NCBI GenBank assembly: GCA_030390025.1
Contig: JASTWF010000033.1
Location: 6,388,001-6,452,000 of the forward strand
Direction: 5' to 3'
From: Squalus acanthias
Lineage: Eukaryota
DNA length: 64,000 nucleotides
Shown here one piece after another: positions 36,181 through 50,004 of this stretch. Positions within the stretch are counted from its first letter, which is position 1. The number at the start of each line of letters is the position of its first letter. The notes below the pieces were generated by a model. That model searched no databases, was not told the origin of the DNA, and saw only the letters and a program-made list of their open reading frames with translations. A program made the translations under genes and the position numbers.

Positions 36181-36547
36181 ATATGTTGAAATGTATTGAT
36201 AATGCTTTGTTTCCTACTGAACTGCACCAACAGAAACAGATGTTAACTAATTACAGACAGGTAAACAACAGGACAGCAGAGTTACAGTATTCAAATCCTC
36301 TCTATAATGAATAATTGATAATCAATGTATAGTTATTGTAAACACTTTAATTGTTTTGGTGCTGATTAATCACCTTCCCCCAACACCGTCCTGAGAATCT
36401 GTGGGTCATGAGTGCTGAATTTCATTATGTTACCGTTAGACGGGATGAATATTGGGCTGTGGTTATTGATTATTCCACTTCCGTAACTGATTGAGTTTTG
36501 ACGCACCAGTTCATATCTCTGATTCAGAGTTTCTACACAGGTAACAT

Positions 36548-39500
36548 AGGTTCATAGAGTCATAGAGTTATACAGTGCAGAAAGAGGCCCTTCGGCCCCT
36601 CGTGTCCGCGCCGCCCATCAAGCCCTGTCTATTCAAATCTCATTTTCCAGCACTTGTTCCGTAGTCTTGTATGCTATGGCGTTTCAAGAGCTCATCTAAA
36701 TGCTTCTTGAATGTTGTGATGTTTTCGGCCTCTACCACCCTTTCAGGCAGTGATTTGCAGATTCCAACCACCCTCTGGGTGAAAAAGTTCTCCTCAAATC
36801 CCCTCCAAACCTCCTGCCCCTTACATTGAAACTATGCCCCCTGGTTATTGACCCCTGTACTAAGGGGACTAGTTCCTTTCTATCTACCCTATCTATGCAC
36901 CTCATAATTTTGTACACCTCAATCAGATCACTCCCTCAGCCTTCTCTGCTTCAAGGAAAACAACCCAAGCTTGTCCAGTCTCTCTTCATAGCTGAAGCGC
37001 TCCAGCCCAGGTAACATCCTGGTGAATCTCCTGTGCACCCTTTCCAATGCAATCACATCCTTCCTATAGTGCGGCGACCAGAACTGCACACAGTATTCCA
37101 GCTGTGGCCTAACTAGCGTTCTGTACAGCTCCATCATAACATCCATGCTCTTATATTTTATGCCTCGGCTAATGAAGGCAAGTATCCCATATGCCTTTGT
37201 ATCCACCTTATCTAACTGTCCTGCTGCCTTCAGGGATCTATGTTCATGCACGTCAAGGTCCCGCTGATCCTCTTTCCTTCCTAGGGTCCTATCATTCATT
37301 GTGTAGTCCCTTGCCTTGTTAATCCTCCCAAAATGCATCACCTCATACTTTTCAGGGTTAAATTCCATTTGCCACTGTTCTGCCCATCTAACCAACCCGT
37401 CTATATCATCCTGTAGCCTGAGGCTTCCTTCCTCGCTATTTACCACTCCACCAATTTGCATGTCATCTGCGAACTTACTGTTCATACCTCCTACATTCAT
37501 ATCTAAATCATGAATGTACACTACAAACAGCAAAAGACCAGCACCGACCCCTGTGATACACCACTGGACACAGGCTTCCAGTCACAAAAACAATCTTCCA
37601 CCATCACCTTCTGCCTCCTGCCACTAAGCCAATTTTGGATCCAATGTGCCAAATTGCCCTGGATCCCATGAGCTCTTACCTTCTTGACCAGTCTCCCATG
37701 TGTGACTTTGTCAAAAGCCTTACTGAAGTCCATTTAGAATACAACATTTGCACTACCCTCATCCACACACCTAGTCACCCCCTCGATAAATTCAATCAAA
37801 TTGGTTAGACATGATTTCCCCCTGACAAAGCCATGCTGACTATCCTTGATTAATCCTTGCCTCTCCAATTGGAGACTAATTCTGTCCCTCAGAATGTTTT
37901 CCAATAATTTCTCTACCACTGATGTTAGGCTCACTGGCCTGTAATTATCTGTTTTATCCCTACTACCCTTCTTGAGTAATGGTACTACGTTAGCTGTTCT
38001 CCAGTCCACTGGCACCTCCCCTGTGGCCAGAGAGGTTCTGAAAATTTGTGTCAGAGTCCCTGCAATCTCCTCCCTTGCCTCACACAGCAGCCTGGGATAC
38101 ATCTCGTCTGGGCCTGGGAATTTATCCACTTTTAAGCTCGCTAAAACCGCTAGTACCTCCTCCCTCTCAATAGTAATTTGCTCAAGTATATCACAATCCC
38201 CCTGCCTGATTTTTATGCCTATATCGTCCTTCACCATCGTGAACACAGATGCAAAATATTAATTTAAAACCTCACCTATATCTTCCGGCTCTACACACAG
38301 ATTGCCACTTTGGTCCCTAATGTGCGCTACTCTTTCCCTGTTTATCCTCTTGCCCTTAATATACTCATAATACATCTTGGGATTTTCCTATATTTTGCCC
38401 GCCAGTGTTTTTTCATGCCCCCTCTTCGCTCTCCTAATTTCTTTTTTAAATACCACCCTTCAGTTTCGATACTCCTCTCGGGCTTCCAAAGTTTTTAGTT
38501 CTTTGTATCTGCCAAAAGCCTACCTTTTTTCCTAATCCATTCTTGTATATCCCTTGACATCCAGGATTCCCTGGGCTTGTTGGTCTCACCTGGACCTTTA
38601 CGGGAACATGTTGCCGTTGTACTCTCTTTCTATTTCCTTTCTGAATGACTCCCACTGCTCTGATGTGGATTGTCCTCCAAGTAGCTGATCCCAGTCCACT
38701 TTGGCCAGATGCTGCCTTATCACATTAAAATCGGCCTTCCCCCAATTTAGAAACTTTATTTTAGGTCCATCTTTTACATTTTCCATGATTACCTCAAATC
38801 TCACCGAATAATGGTCATTGTCACCAAAATGCTCTCCTACTGACACTTCTACCACTTGCCTGGCTACATTCCCTCGACTTAGGTCCAGTACCGCCCCCTC
38901 TCTTGTAGGACTTTCTACATGCTGGCTCAAAAAACTCTCATGGATGCACTTGAAGAATTCCGCACCCTCTTATCCTTTTACAATCTGAATATCCAAGTTA
39001 ACATTGGGGAAGTTGGAATCCCCTACTATTATTACCCTATTATTTCTACACTTCCCTGAGATTTGTCTACATATCTGTTCCTCTATCTCCCCCTGACTGT
39101 TTGGGCGCCTATAGTACACTCTCAACAAAGTGCTTGCCCCCTTTTTGTTTTTAAGTTCTACCCATATGGCCTCATAAGAGGAACCTGCTATGATATCATC
39201 CCTCCTTACACCAGTAATTGAATCCTTGATTAATATTGCGACACCTCCAATTTTACACCCCCCTCTGTCTCGCCTGAAGATTCTATACCCCGGAATATTG
39301 AGCTGCCAGTCCTGCCCCTCCCTCAACCATGTCTCTGTGATAGCAACAATATCATACTCCCATGTGTTCATCAACACCTTCAATTCATCTGCCTTACTCG
39401 CTAGACACCTTGCATTAAAATAAATGCCTTTCAGCCTTGCCATACTCCCTTGTGCCGTTACATATTTGCTCTGCTTTCCAGGCTGACTTGTTTTTTCCTC

Positions 39501-40760
39501 TATATTTGGCTATGCATCACCCCCTACTATAGCTCCACTCCGTATCACATCCCGCTGCCAAGTTATTTTAAACCCCACCCCAACAGCACTAGCAAACCTC
39601 CCCGCAATGATGTTGGTCCCGTTCCAGTTCAGGTGCAACCCGTCCGACTTGTACAGATCCCACCTTCCCCAGAAGCAAACCCAGTGATCCAGGAACTAAA
39701 GCCCTCCCTCCTGCACCAACTCTTTAGCCACGCATTCATCTGTTCTATCCTCCTATTCATATACTCACTAGCACATGGCACCGGGAGTAATCCAGAGATT
39801 ACAAGCTTTCCGGTCCTGCTTTTTAATCTGATACCTTGCTCCCTAAATTCTTGTTGCAGGACCTCATCTCTCTTCCTACCAATGTCGTTGGTACCACTGT
39901 GAACCACGACCTCTGACTGTTCGCCCTCGCCCTTCAGAATGCCCTGCAGCCATTCAGTGACATCCTTGACCCTGGCACCAGGGAGGCAACATACCATCCT
40001 GGAGTCACGCCTGCGGCCATATAAACGTCTATCTGTTCCCCTTACGATAGAATCCCTCATCACTATTGCTCTCCCACTCTTTTTCCTCCCCTCCTGTGCA
40101 GCTGAGCCACTCGTAGTGCCACGGACTTGGCTCTTGCTGCATTCCCCTGAGAAACCATCTCCTCCAGCAGTATCCAAAACGGAAAATCTGTTGGAGAGGA
40201 TGGACCCAGGGGACTCCTACACTACTTTCCTAGTGCTTTTCCTCTGTCTGGCGGTCACCCATTTCCTGTCTGCCTGTGCACTCTTTACCTGCGTTGTGAC
40301 CACCTCGTTAAACGTGCTGTCCACGAAGATCTTAGCTACATGGATGTTCCACAGTGACTCCAGCCGCAGCTCCAGCTCCGAAACGCGGATTTCGAGTAGC
40401 TGCATCTGGAGACACTTCCTGCGCATGTGTTCGCCCTGGACACCGAAAGTGTCCCTGACTTCCCACATAGCACAGGAGGGGCACTCCACGCTGCCGAGCT
40501 GCCCTGCCATGTCCTGCCCTTAATTTACTCCCTTTACTTCCTTTAAATTAAAGATTATTAAATACACTAGGGACCTTACTTGCCTTTAAACACTACTTTC
40601 TCTAAACTAGAGTCCTTACTTTTACTTTAACGACTGGACTGTAGAAATACTCACCAGGTCCTACTGACCAATCAGCTGGTTCCCTGGTTGTGAAGTCAAC
40701 TTAGCGGTTTCGCAGGTGTTGTTGATTGACTGCTCCCGCTCTCGGACTCTTTCCTTGGTG
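36548..40760 (-). mobile_element. Near full-length CR1 LINE (ORF1 zinc finger/esterase plus ORF2 APE-RT), decayed, in the GPCR intron
   Basis: ORF1 40510-39629 (VECPSCAMWE, MVCCLPGARVKDV, VVHSGTNDIG); ORF2 pieces 39443-36732 (IYFNAR, AITETWL, YRPVSLTS, DFSKAFDKV, FADD, RPQLEYC); (CATAGAGT)n tail near 36553. The 5' boundary is approximate. Confidence 0.92.
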
Positions 40761-41064
40761 TAAATAAGAATCAATTCCCAACTCGCAGCACTCTGTTTAA
40801 ACCGCACTGAAACCTACAACGATCTCCGACCTTAGCTCAGTGAGGTGAGTCCCTGCGAGGAGGGACACGTATAACTGAAGAACATGCATATCAGGTTTTC
40901 ATAATACAGAGATCAGTCCCGAGGGCAGTAAATAATAGCATTAATGAATTGATAATAATGTAATATATAGGGCAATGCTTCAATAAATAAAACACTTCAA
41001 TATCCGCAATGATTAAATGAACTGATGAATGTGATTAATTTGTACACAAGTTACGGAGAAGTCC

Positions 41065-42270
41065 TTAGAATTTACAGCACAAAACAGGCCATTCGGCCCT
41101 ACTAGGTCATGCCATTGTTTATGCTCCACAGGCGCCTCCTCCCACCCCTCTTCATCTAACCCTATCAGCAAAACCTTCTACTGCGTGTACTTCTCTCGCT
41201 TCCCCTTCAATGTATCTCTGCTATTCGCCTCAAGTACTCCAAGTTGTAGCGAGTTCCACATTCTAACCAATCTCTGAGTAAAGACATTTCTCCTCAATAA
41301 TATATTGGATTTATTAGTGACTATCTTTTATCGATAATCTCCAATTTTGCACTCACGTCACAAGTACAAACATCTACCCTATATTACCCTTCAAATTTTA
41401 AAGGCCACTATTAGGCCACCCCTCAAGCTTCTCTTTTGTAAAGAAAGGAGCCCCAGCCTGTTCAATCTTTCCTGATGGTTATAATGTCTCAGTTCTGGTG
41501 TCATCCTTGCAAATAATTGCACTTTCTCCTGAGACATAATATCCTTTATGTAATATGGAGATCAGAACTGCCCACAGTGCGCTCAGTGTGGTATAACCAA
41601 GGTTCGATATAAGTTTAAGCTAAACTCTTTGCTTTACGATTCTATTCTTCTAGAAATGAACCCCAGTGCTTTGTTTCCATGTTTATGGCCTTGTTAACAT
41701 GCATTGCTACTTTAAATGATTAGTTAATCGGTGCCCCTCTACCCCATTCCCACTCTGATTTTCCAAGGAGTATTTGGGAACCTTATTCTTCCTACCAAAA
41801 TGCAGTACCTCTCACTTAGCTATATTGAAATTAATTTGCCATTTAAACACCCTTTCTGCAAGTTTATTACTTTCTTCAGATATTGTGTTGCATTCTTCCT
41901 CTGTATTAACTGTACTCCCAATTTTGGATTCATCTGCAAATTTTGAATTTGTGCTTCTGCTTCCCGAATCAATATCGTTTATGTAAATGGTGAACAACAG
42001 GGGTCGCAACGCCGATCCTTGTGGAACATCACTTCTCACTATCCACCTATCTGAGTAATTAGCTTTATCCACTACTCCCTATTTTCTGTTCTTGCAGCCA
42101 TCTTGCTATCCATTCTGCTGCTTGTCTCCTAACTCCACTTGATCTGTGATTCAGTCTGCTATGTGGTACCTTATCGAATGGCTTTAAAACAATCAAAGTA
42201 TATTACATCTACTACATTACCCTTATCTACTCGTTCTGGTACTTATTCAAAGAATTCGCTACAGTTACTC
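41065..42270 (-). mobile_element. Old CR1-like LINE 3' fragment
   Basis: DVPQGSALRPLLFTIYINDID...KFADESKIG...WQINFN; 3' UTR near 41070. Confidence 0.8.
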
Positions 42271-42284
42271 AAGCAAGACATTCT

Positions 42285-43005
42285 AAAGTGGGTGCAGGAA
42301 CAGAGGGACCTGGGGGTACATGTACAAAAATCGTTGAAGGTGGCAGGGCAGGTTGAGAAAGCATTTAAAAATGCTTACGGGAATCTGAGCTTTATAAATA
42401 GAGGCAAAGCAAGGAAGTTATGATGAACTTTTTATAAAACATTGTCCCAGCCACAACTGGAGTATTGTGTCCAATTCCCAGCACCACACTTTAGGAAGGG
42501 CATGAAGGCTTTAGAGAGGGTGCAGAAAAGATTCACAAGAATGGTTCCAGCGATGAGGGTATTTGGTTACGTAGATATACCAATGAAGTTGGGGCTGTTC
42601 TCCTTAGAGCAGAGAAGATTGAGAGGAGATTTGAGAGAGGTGATCATTAGGGGTCTAGACAGAGCAGACAGCGTAGATAGAGAGAAGCTGTTCCCATTGG
42701 TGGAACGGTCGAGAACCAGAGGACACAGGTTTTATTTGATCTGCTGAAGATCCAAAGGTGACATGAGGAAAACCTTTTCAAGGCAGTGAATGGTTATGAT
42801 CTGGAATGCACTGTCTGAAAGGATGGTGGAGGCAGATTCAATCGTGGCTTTCAAAAGGGAATGGGATAAGTACCTGAAGGAAAATAATTTCAGGGCTATG
42901 GCGAAAAAGGCGGAGGATTGGGATTAGCTGCATTGCATGTGCAGAGAGTGAGCACGGGCTCCACGGGCCGAATTGCCTCCTTCTGTGCTGTAACCATTCT
43001 ATGAT
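42285..43005 (+). mobile_element. CR1 LINE 3' fragment
   Basis: QRDLGVHV, PQLEYCVQF, LEQRRLRGDL; 3' UTR/tail near 43000. Confidence 0.85.
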
Positions 43006-43189
43006 TCCTTTTAAGGATACCTGCTGACTACTCGTTATCATATTTTGTGTTTCTAGATGTATTTCTGTAACATTTTTGAGTAAGTATTCCATTATCTTTC
43101 CTACCATCGAGGTTATGCTGACTGGTCTGTAGATCCTTGGAATTGTTCTATCTTCCATTTTAAACACAGGAATAACATTTAAATGGTGA

Positions 43190-44615
43190 ATCACAGTGGC
43201 CTTCCCTTCCCTTCCTCGACTTCTCGATCTTCATTTCAGGGTCTAGGTCGTCCACAAATATCTACTATAATCCCGCCAACTCCCATAGGAAACTTGAGCA
43301 GAATTCCTCCCACCCGGCTTCCTGGAAGGGCTCTATTCTATTCTCACAGTTTCTCCGCCACCGTTGCATATGTTCTGACGATGCCACCTTCCACACCAGT
43401 GCTTCTGAAATGTCTTCATATTTCCTCAGCCGTGTATTCACCTCCATTGTGATTGACAGGGCCCCCGACCGTGTCAACCCTGCATTGCTCCCATTACCCC
43501 TTGCCGTGCCTGCTAGAACACAGATAGGGTTACCCTTGTCCTCAGCTTCCACGGCACCAGCCTTCACATTCAATGGATCATCCTCTGCCATTTCCGTCAT
43601 GTCCAGCTATGGCCACCAACAAACATATCTTCTCCTTCCCTCCCGTTCCCCCGCCCTCGTGACACCCTGGTCCACTCTTCTGTCACACCTAACATCTGCT
43701 CCCCTTCCCCGGCACCTTCCTATGTAAGTGCAGGAGATTCAACAGCTGCCCTTTCCACTCTTTCCATCCCACCAGCCAGGGCCCCAAGCATTCCATCCAC
43801 GTGAAAGACTAATTTACTTGTACTTCTTCCAATTAATATATCATATTCGCTGCCCACGACCCAGTCTCCTGTACATTGGGTGGACTAAATGCAGATTGAG
43901 TGATTGCTTTGCTGAACGCCTCCGTTCAGTCCGCAAGTGTGATCCTGAGCTTCAGGTCACTTCCCACTTTAATTCTACATCCCACTCACAGTTTGGACTC
44001 TCTGTTCTCGGCCCTCCTGCACTGTTCCCCTTTTAAACTCAATAAGGAACAGCACCGTAGCATTACGTTAGGCATTTTATTGCCTTCTGGACTTAAAACT
44101 AAGTTTAAAAACTTCAGATCATAACCTCCGCTCCCGTTCTCTCGGACGACATGTGCTGGTAATGGAGGATGGCTCCACCAGAGCCACTGGGAGTGGAGGA
44201 GTTGTGGGCTAGGACTTTGTGGTGGCGATCCCGGCACACGGCCAGCGGGCTGGCCCAAACACCTGAGGTCCACCCTATTTTCTCCGCCACATGTGCCGTG
44301 CTTCCCCTCCCCCTTGTTATTCTGCTGTAAACATTTACACCTCCTCCAGACCCATCTTCTGTTTATTTAATTGTCCCATTCGCCTAGCACCATCATCCCT
44401 TTAGTCATTGAATCACTCCTGCCCTCCAGCCAATCACAGACGTTGTTCTTTCCTTATGCAAACGCACTTTTCTCTGACTCTATCATTGCTTTAATACTGT
44501 TAATCTCTGATATCTTCCAGTTCTGATGAAAAGTCATCGACCTGAAATGTTAACTCTGTTTCTCTCTGCACAGATGCTGCGTGACCCGCTGAGTGTTTTC
44601 AGCACTGTCTTTTTT
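43190..44615 (+). mobile_element. Degenerate Penelope-like element
   Basis: Colinear with 20690-22010 (CTTCCCTTCCTCGACTTCTC; LIYHIRC..LLYIGWTK GIY-YIG; GLKTKFKNFRS); hammerhead-like motif at 44519-44555. Confidence 0.85.
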
Positions 44616-44639
44616 TTAAATAAATTAAAGCTATTATTA

Positions 44640-46605
44640 AGTCAAAGGAGGAAGTTTATAAAGTTGCCAGAAAAAGCGGTCAGCCTGAGGATTGGGATCT
44701 TTTTAGAAATTAGCAAAGGGGGACCAAGAAATTGATAAAGAAAGGGAAAATGGAATATGAGCACAAACTAGCGAAAAATATAATAACGGATTGTAAAAGC
44801 TTCTATAGGTATGTGAAAAGGAAAAGACTGGCGAAGGTAAATGTAGGACCTATACAGTCAGAGACGGGAGAATTTATAATGGGGAATGAGGAAATGGCAG
44901 AGAAATTAAATGAATACTTTGTTTCTGTCTTCACCGAGGAAGACACAAAAAACCTCCCAGAAATACGAGAAAACCAAGGATGTGGCGAGAATGAGGAACT
45001 TAAAGAAATTATTATTAGTAAAAAAAACAGTGCTAGCAAAATTAATGGGATTAAAAGTCGATAAATCTCAAGGACCGGGTGACCTACATCCTAGGGTTTT
45101 GAAAGAGGTGGCCATTGGGATAGTGGACGCATTGGTTGTCATCTTCCAAAATTCTATAGCTTCTGGAACGGTTCCTGCAGATTGGAGGATAGCAAATGTA
45201 ACCCCGCTAATTAAGAAAGGAGGGAGAGAGAAAACGGGGAACTACAGATCTGCTAGTCTCACATCAGGAGTTGGGAAAATGTTGGAACCTATTATGAAGG
45301 ATGCAATAACTGGGCACTTAGAAACTAATAGTAAGATTGGACAGAGTCAACATGGATTTATGAAAGGGAAGGCCTGTTTGACAAACCTATTGGAGTTCTT
45401 TGAGGACGTAACTAGTGGAGTAGGCAAAGGGGAACCGGTAGATGTCGGTGTATTTGGATTTTGAGAAGGCCTTCGATAAGGTCCCACACAAGAGTTTGGT
45501 GAACAAAATTAGAGCACATGGAATTGGGGGTAATATACTAGCATAGATTGAGAATTAGTTAATTGACAGAAAACAGAGGGTAGGGATAAACGGGTCTTTT
45601 TCAGGATGGCAAGCTGTGTAGGGTACCTCAAGGATCGGTGCTTGTGCCGAAGCTATTCACAATCTATATCAATGATTTTGATGAGGGGACTAAATGTAAT
45701 TTAAAAATTTGCTGATGACATAAAGCTAGGTGGCAGTGTCAGTTGCGAAATGGATGGGAAAAGAATTCAAGGGGATCTCGACAGGCTCAGTGAGTGGGCG
45801 AGAACATGGCAGATGGATTATAATGTGGATAAATGTGAAGTTATCCACTTTGGTAGAATAAACAGTAAGGCAGAGTATTTCCTAAATGTTGAAAGATTGG
45901 GGAATGCAGATGCTCAGAGGGACCTGGGTGTCCTTGTACATGAGTCACTGAATGTGAATGTGCAGGTGCAGCAAGCCATTAGGAAGGCAAATGCTATGCT
46001 GGCCTTCATTAAAAGAGGATTTGAGTACAGCAGTGAAGAAGTCTTACTCCAATTATGTAGAGCCTTGGTGAGACCACACCTGGAGTACTGTGTACAATTT
46101 TGGTCTGCAACGAAGGTTCATGAGATTGATTCCTGGGATGGCGGGACTGTCTTATGAGAAGAGATTGAGTAAACTAGGCCTGCATTCTCTTGAATTTAGA
46201 AGAAAGAGAGGGGATCTCATTGAAGCATACAAAATTATTACAGGGCTTGATAGGATGAAATTCTGGGAGAATGTTTCCCTTGGCTGGGGAGTATAGACCC
46301 ACGGGCTACAGCCTCAGAATAATGGATAGGCCATTCCGGACTGAGATGAGAAGACATTTCTTCACACAGAGGGTGGTGAATCTTTGGAATTCTCTACCCC
46401 AGAGGACTGTGGAGGCTCAGTCATTGGATATATTCAAAACAGAACTCGATACATTTCTGACTAGTAAGGGTATCAAAGGATATGGCGGTAAGGCCGGTGA
46501 ATGTAGTTGAGGCAGAAGATCAGCCATGATCTCATTGAATGACGGAGCAGGCTCGATGGGCCGAATGGCCGACTCCTGCTCCTATTTCTTATGTTCTTAT
46601 GTTCT
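44640..46605 (+). mobile_element. CR1 LINE, 5'-truncated
   Basis: DCKSFYRYVKRKR, GPGDLHPRVLKE, QHGFMKGKACLTNL, RPHLEYCVQFW; (TTCTTATG)n tail at ~46586-46606. Confidence 0.92.
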
Positions 46606-46619
46606 TATCAGATTTACAG

Positions 46620-47383
46620 CAGTCCCAGTATTTTGCATTTGCTCATATACTTCCGCCTGGATATTAACAGAGGCGGGTTATGTACGATGTCCGGAGGTGG
46701 ATGCGGAATATCAGACAGTAAAACCTGGAAGTCCTGGTATTCCCGGACGTCGGGGTGTCTAATCTCCACAGCGTGCGTCCTTTGTCCTTGACTGGTTCCC
46801 CACCCCGGAAGTCAGCCTGATTGACAGTCGGGCTTCCAGTCGGACTGGGTGAGGGGACTCCGGAGCAGGAACAGGTAGGTCCAAAGGATGAAACTGGGTT
46901 GAATGGGGTGTCTGATCCTGCGGTGTGTCCGATCACGAACTCGGGGTTTGACCGGTCCCGGGGGCTTTGACCGGTCCCGGGGGTTTGACCGGTCCCGGGG
47001 GGTGTCCAATCCCTAGTCTTGGGGATGTCCAAACCGGACCCCAAGTTTCTATCCATGGGGGGCGTTGGGCAATGGGTAGATCTTGGTGGGGGGGGTGGGG
47101 GGGGGGTGGGTGAGTGGTGAAATCATTCCCGAGGCCCAGGAAGCCCGGCCAGCGGTAGTTAAACCTATAAAACCCGTTAAATCAGAGGCGGCCCGCCTCA
47201 TTAAAATATTTTAATTGCCAACCCGCCTCCTGGGAGCGGTTCACTGCCCGCCCCCCTGTCCCGTCTCCGTTAAACACGGAAGCGGGCGGGTTGGAGGCGG
47301 ATTGGGGTCGGGACGATATTGCTCAATTTTCACCTCTGACCCGACCCCAACCCGCCGGTTTTTGGGGTGTTAAAATCCAGCCC
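46620..47383. mobile_element. GC-rich probable DNA transposon remnant (Harbinger-type end) with a 19-bp tandem repeat
   Basis: CpG-rich island among CpG-depleted LINEs; ends AAAATCCAGCCC|TTA (TIR-like end with a TWA target); GGGGTTTGACCGGTCCCGG x3 at ~46943-47000. No matching left TIR was found. Confidence 0.4.
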
Positions 47384-47457
47384 TTATTGTCTGTGCTCAG
47401 ACACGAAGAATGTTTGATCAGTAATTTCCAATCTCTTTTCCCTTCTGTGTTTTACAG

Positions 47458-48365
47458 TGAATTTGCTGGCGATTGTGATCCTGTCCCGGGGAAAGTGCGG
47501 ACTCTCCACCTGCACCACTCGCTACCTGGTGGGCATGGCAGCGGCGGATCTCCTGGTCATTGTCACTGTAGTCATTCTGAGGAAGATCAGATTGTATTAT
47601 TTCCCAGTGTGTTTCCTGGACATCTACCCTGTGTGTAGTGTTTGCTATATCCTGGCCCTTGCAGCCACAGACTGTTCTGTCTGGTTCACCGTCACTTTCA
47701 CCTTTGATCGATTTGTGGCCATTTGTTGCCAGAAGCTGAAAACTAAATATTGCACCGGGCAAAGTGCGGCTGTGGTTCTGGCAACAACCGGCATTCTGCA
47801 ATGTTTAAGAAACGTTCCCTTCTACTTTGTAATTCAACCCATGGAGATAGTCGACAACGTGCAGTGGTTCTGTTTCGCAATCCAGAGCTTTTATACTGAG
47901 CCGGGATGGTTGGGATTTACTTGGTTTGTTATAGTTTTAACCCCATTGCTCCCATTCGCTATAATTCTGTTGCTCAACGCTCTGACAGTCAGACACATTT
48001 TAGTGGCCAGTCGGGTCCGTAAGGGACTGAGGGGTGAGAGCAAGGGAGAGAATGGCAGAGACCCAGAGATGGAGAGCAGAAGGAAGTCTATGATTTTACT
48101 CTTCACCATATCCGCCAACTTTATACTGCTGTGGCTGGCCTATGTTATAAATTTCTTGTATTATAACATTACAGGAACAAATCCCCTTTATTACACTGGT
48201 TCCTTATATATCTTTCAACAAGTCGGATATATGCTGCGGGATTTAAGTTGCTGCACAAACACATTTATTTATGGGGTGACCCAGTCCAAGTTCAGAGAGC
48301 AGGTGAAGAGCGCGGTGAAATATCCGCTTACCTCAATTATTCAATTCATTCATAATCAGAAATAA
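47458..48365 (+). CDS. GPR139-like class A GPCR, coding exon 2 (spliced protein 324 aa)
   Basis: Polypyrimidine tract plus TTTACAG acceptor at 47457; open frame with hydrophobic TM segments, MAAADLL (TM2), TFDRFVAIC (DRY-like), LTPLLPF (TM5), FILLW (TM6), CTNTFIY (NPxxY-like), then a stop. Confidence 0.9.
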
Positions 48366-48704
48366 CTGAGCACAGCCCAGAGGCGGCTCCCAGTGTTTCC
48401 AGCCCAGGAATGTAATATCCAGCCCCAGACTGCCATCCACTGAATTACATCAGCAATCGCTGGAGATCTGAAGATACAGCCAGTGGCGGGGCGAGCACTG
48501 TGTTTAGGACTCGGCACTGTTTCTGACTGACATTTCCCACATTGTCTTTCGGGACAGGACCACTAGTTTGCTGCTTTCACTCTGAGCTCTTCTGTAAAGA
48601 GTCCCTTCAGCGATTGAGGGCAGCAATTCATTCGCAGCTTCCAGAGTAAGAGCCTCGTCAATAGGTGGGCAGACAGCTGAGCTGCAGTTCAGAGGATTAT
48701 ATCA

Positions 48705-49185
48705 CATGGAATATACAGCACACAAACAGGCCATTCGGCCCAATCAGTCTGTGCTGGTGTTTATGCTCCACACCAGACTCCTTTTATTGCATCTACCTCA
48801 TCTCAGCCGCTCAGCATATCTTTCTATTCCCCTTTCTATCATTTACTCGTCTAGTTTCATTCTGAAAGAATCTAAACTATTTTCCTCAAACACTTCCTGT
48901 GCTAGTACATTCCACATTCTAACCACTCTCTGAGTAAAGAAATTGCTCCTTATTTCCCTATTGGATTTATTAGTAACTATCTTGTATTTATGACCCAAGT
49001 GTTGCATTCTCCCACAAGTGTAAACATTATCTCCACATCTACCCTCTCCAACCCATTCATAATTTTCAAGATCTCTATCAGGCCTCATCTAAGTCCTCTC
49101 TCTTCTATAGCAGAAAGGCCCAAACTGTTTAATCTTTCCCGATAGCTGCAATCTTTCAGTTCTGGTGCCATCCAACTCAATATTT
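48705..49185 (-). mobile_element. CR1-like LINE 3' fragment
   Basis: GHKYKIVTNKSNREIRSNFFTQRVVRMWN; 3' UTR near 48715. Confidence 0.75.
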
Positions 49186-49189
49186 GTAA

Positions 49190-50000
49190 GATCGAAGCTA
49201 TTGGCCCCCTTCAGAAACTCCGTTGCCTAGCCACCGACTCCATCACTCTCCTTAGCACCAGTTTGCTGTTTGCAAACTTGGTGTCTTATTTGACCACGGG
49301 ATGATCTTCCGACCGGATATTCACTCCATCACCAGGACGGCTTACATCCACCTCGGTAACATCGCCGAACTTCGCCCCTGCCTCAGCTCATCTGCTGCTT
49401 AAACCATCATCCAAGCCTTTGGTAGCTCTAGACTTGATAACACCAACTCTCTCCTGGCCGGCTTCCCATCTCCCACCCTCCATAACTTGAGCTCATCCAA
49501 AGCTGCGCTGCCCGTAACCTAACCCACATCAAATCCCGTAAACCACCACCCCTGTGCTCGCGGACCTACAGTGACTCCCATTCCGGCAATGTCTCCACTT
49601 TAAAATTATCATCCTTGCTTTCAAATCCCTACATGGCCTCGCCCTCCCTACCTCTGCAAGCTCCACCAGCCCCACAACACTCCCGAGATGAGATCTCTGT
49701 GTTCCTCTAATTCTGGCCTCTTGCACATCCCCGATTGTAACCGCTCCACCATTGGCGGCTGTGCTTTCAGCTGCCTTGGCCCTAAGCTCAGGAATCCCCT
49801 CCCTAAACCTCTCTGCTTCTCTAAATCTCCCTCCTCCTTTAAGATGCTGCTGAAAACTTACCTATTTGACTAAGCTTTTGGTCATCTTTCCTAATATCTC
49901 CTTATGTGGCTCAGGGTCAGGTGTTGTTCAATAACGCTCCCGTGAATCGCTTGGGTCACTTTACTATGTTAAAGGAGCTATATAAATACAAGAAGTTGAT
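49190..50000 (+). mobile_element. L2-clade LINE 3' fragment (or L2-tailed element)
   Basis: NLGVLFD, SRLDN.N.LLAG, TIGGCAFSCLGPKLRN, FKMLLKTYLF motifs and the TTTACTATGTTAAAGG.GCTATATAAAT 3' end. Confidence 0.75.
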
Positions 50001-50004
50001 TTTG

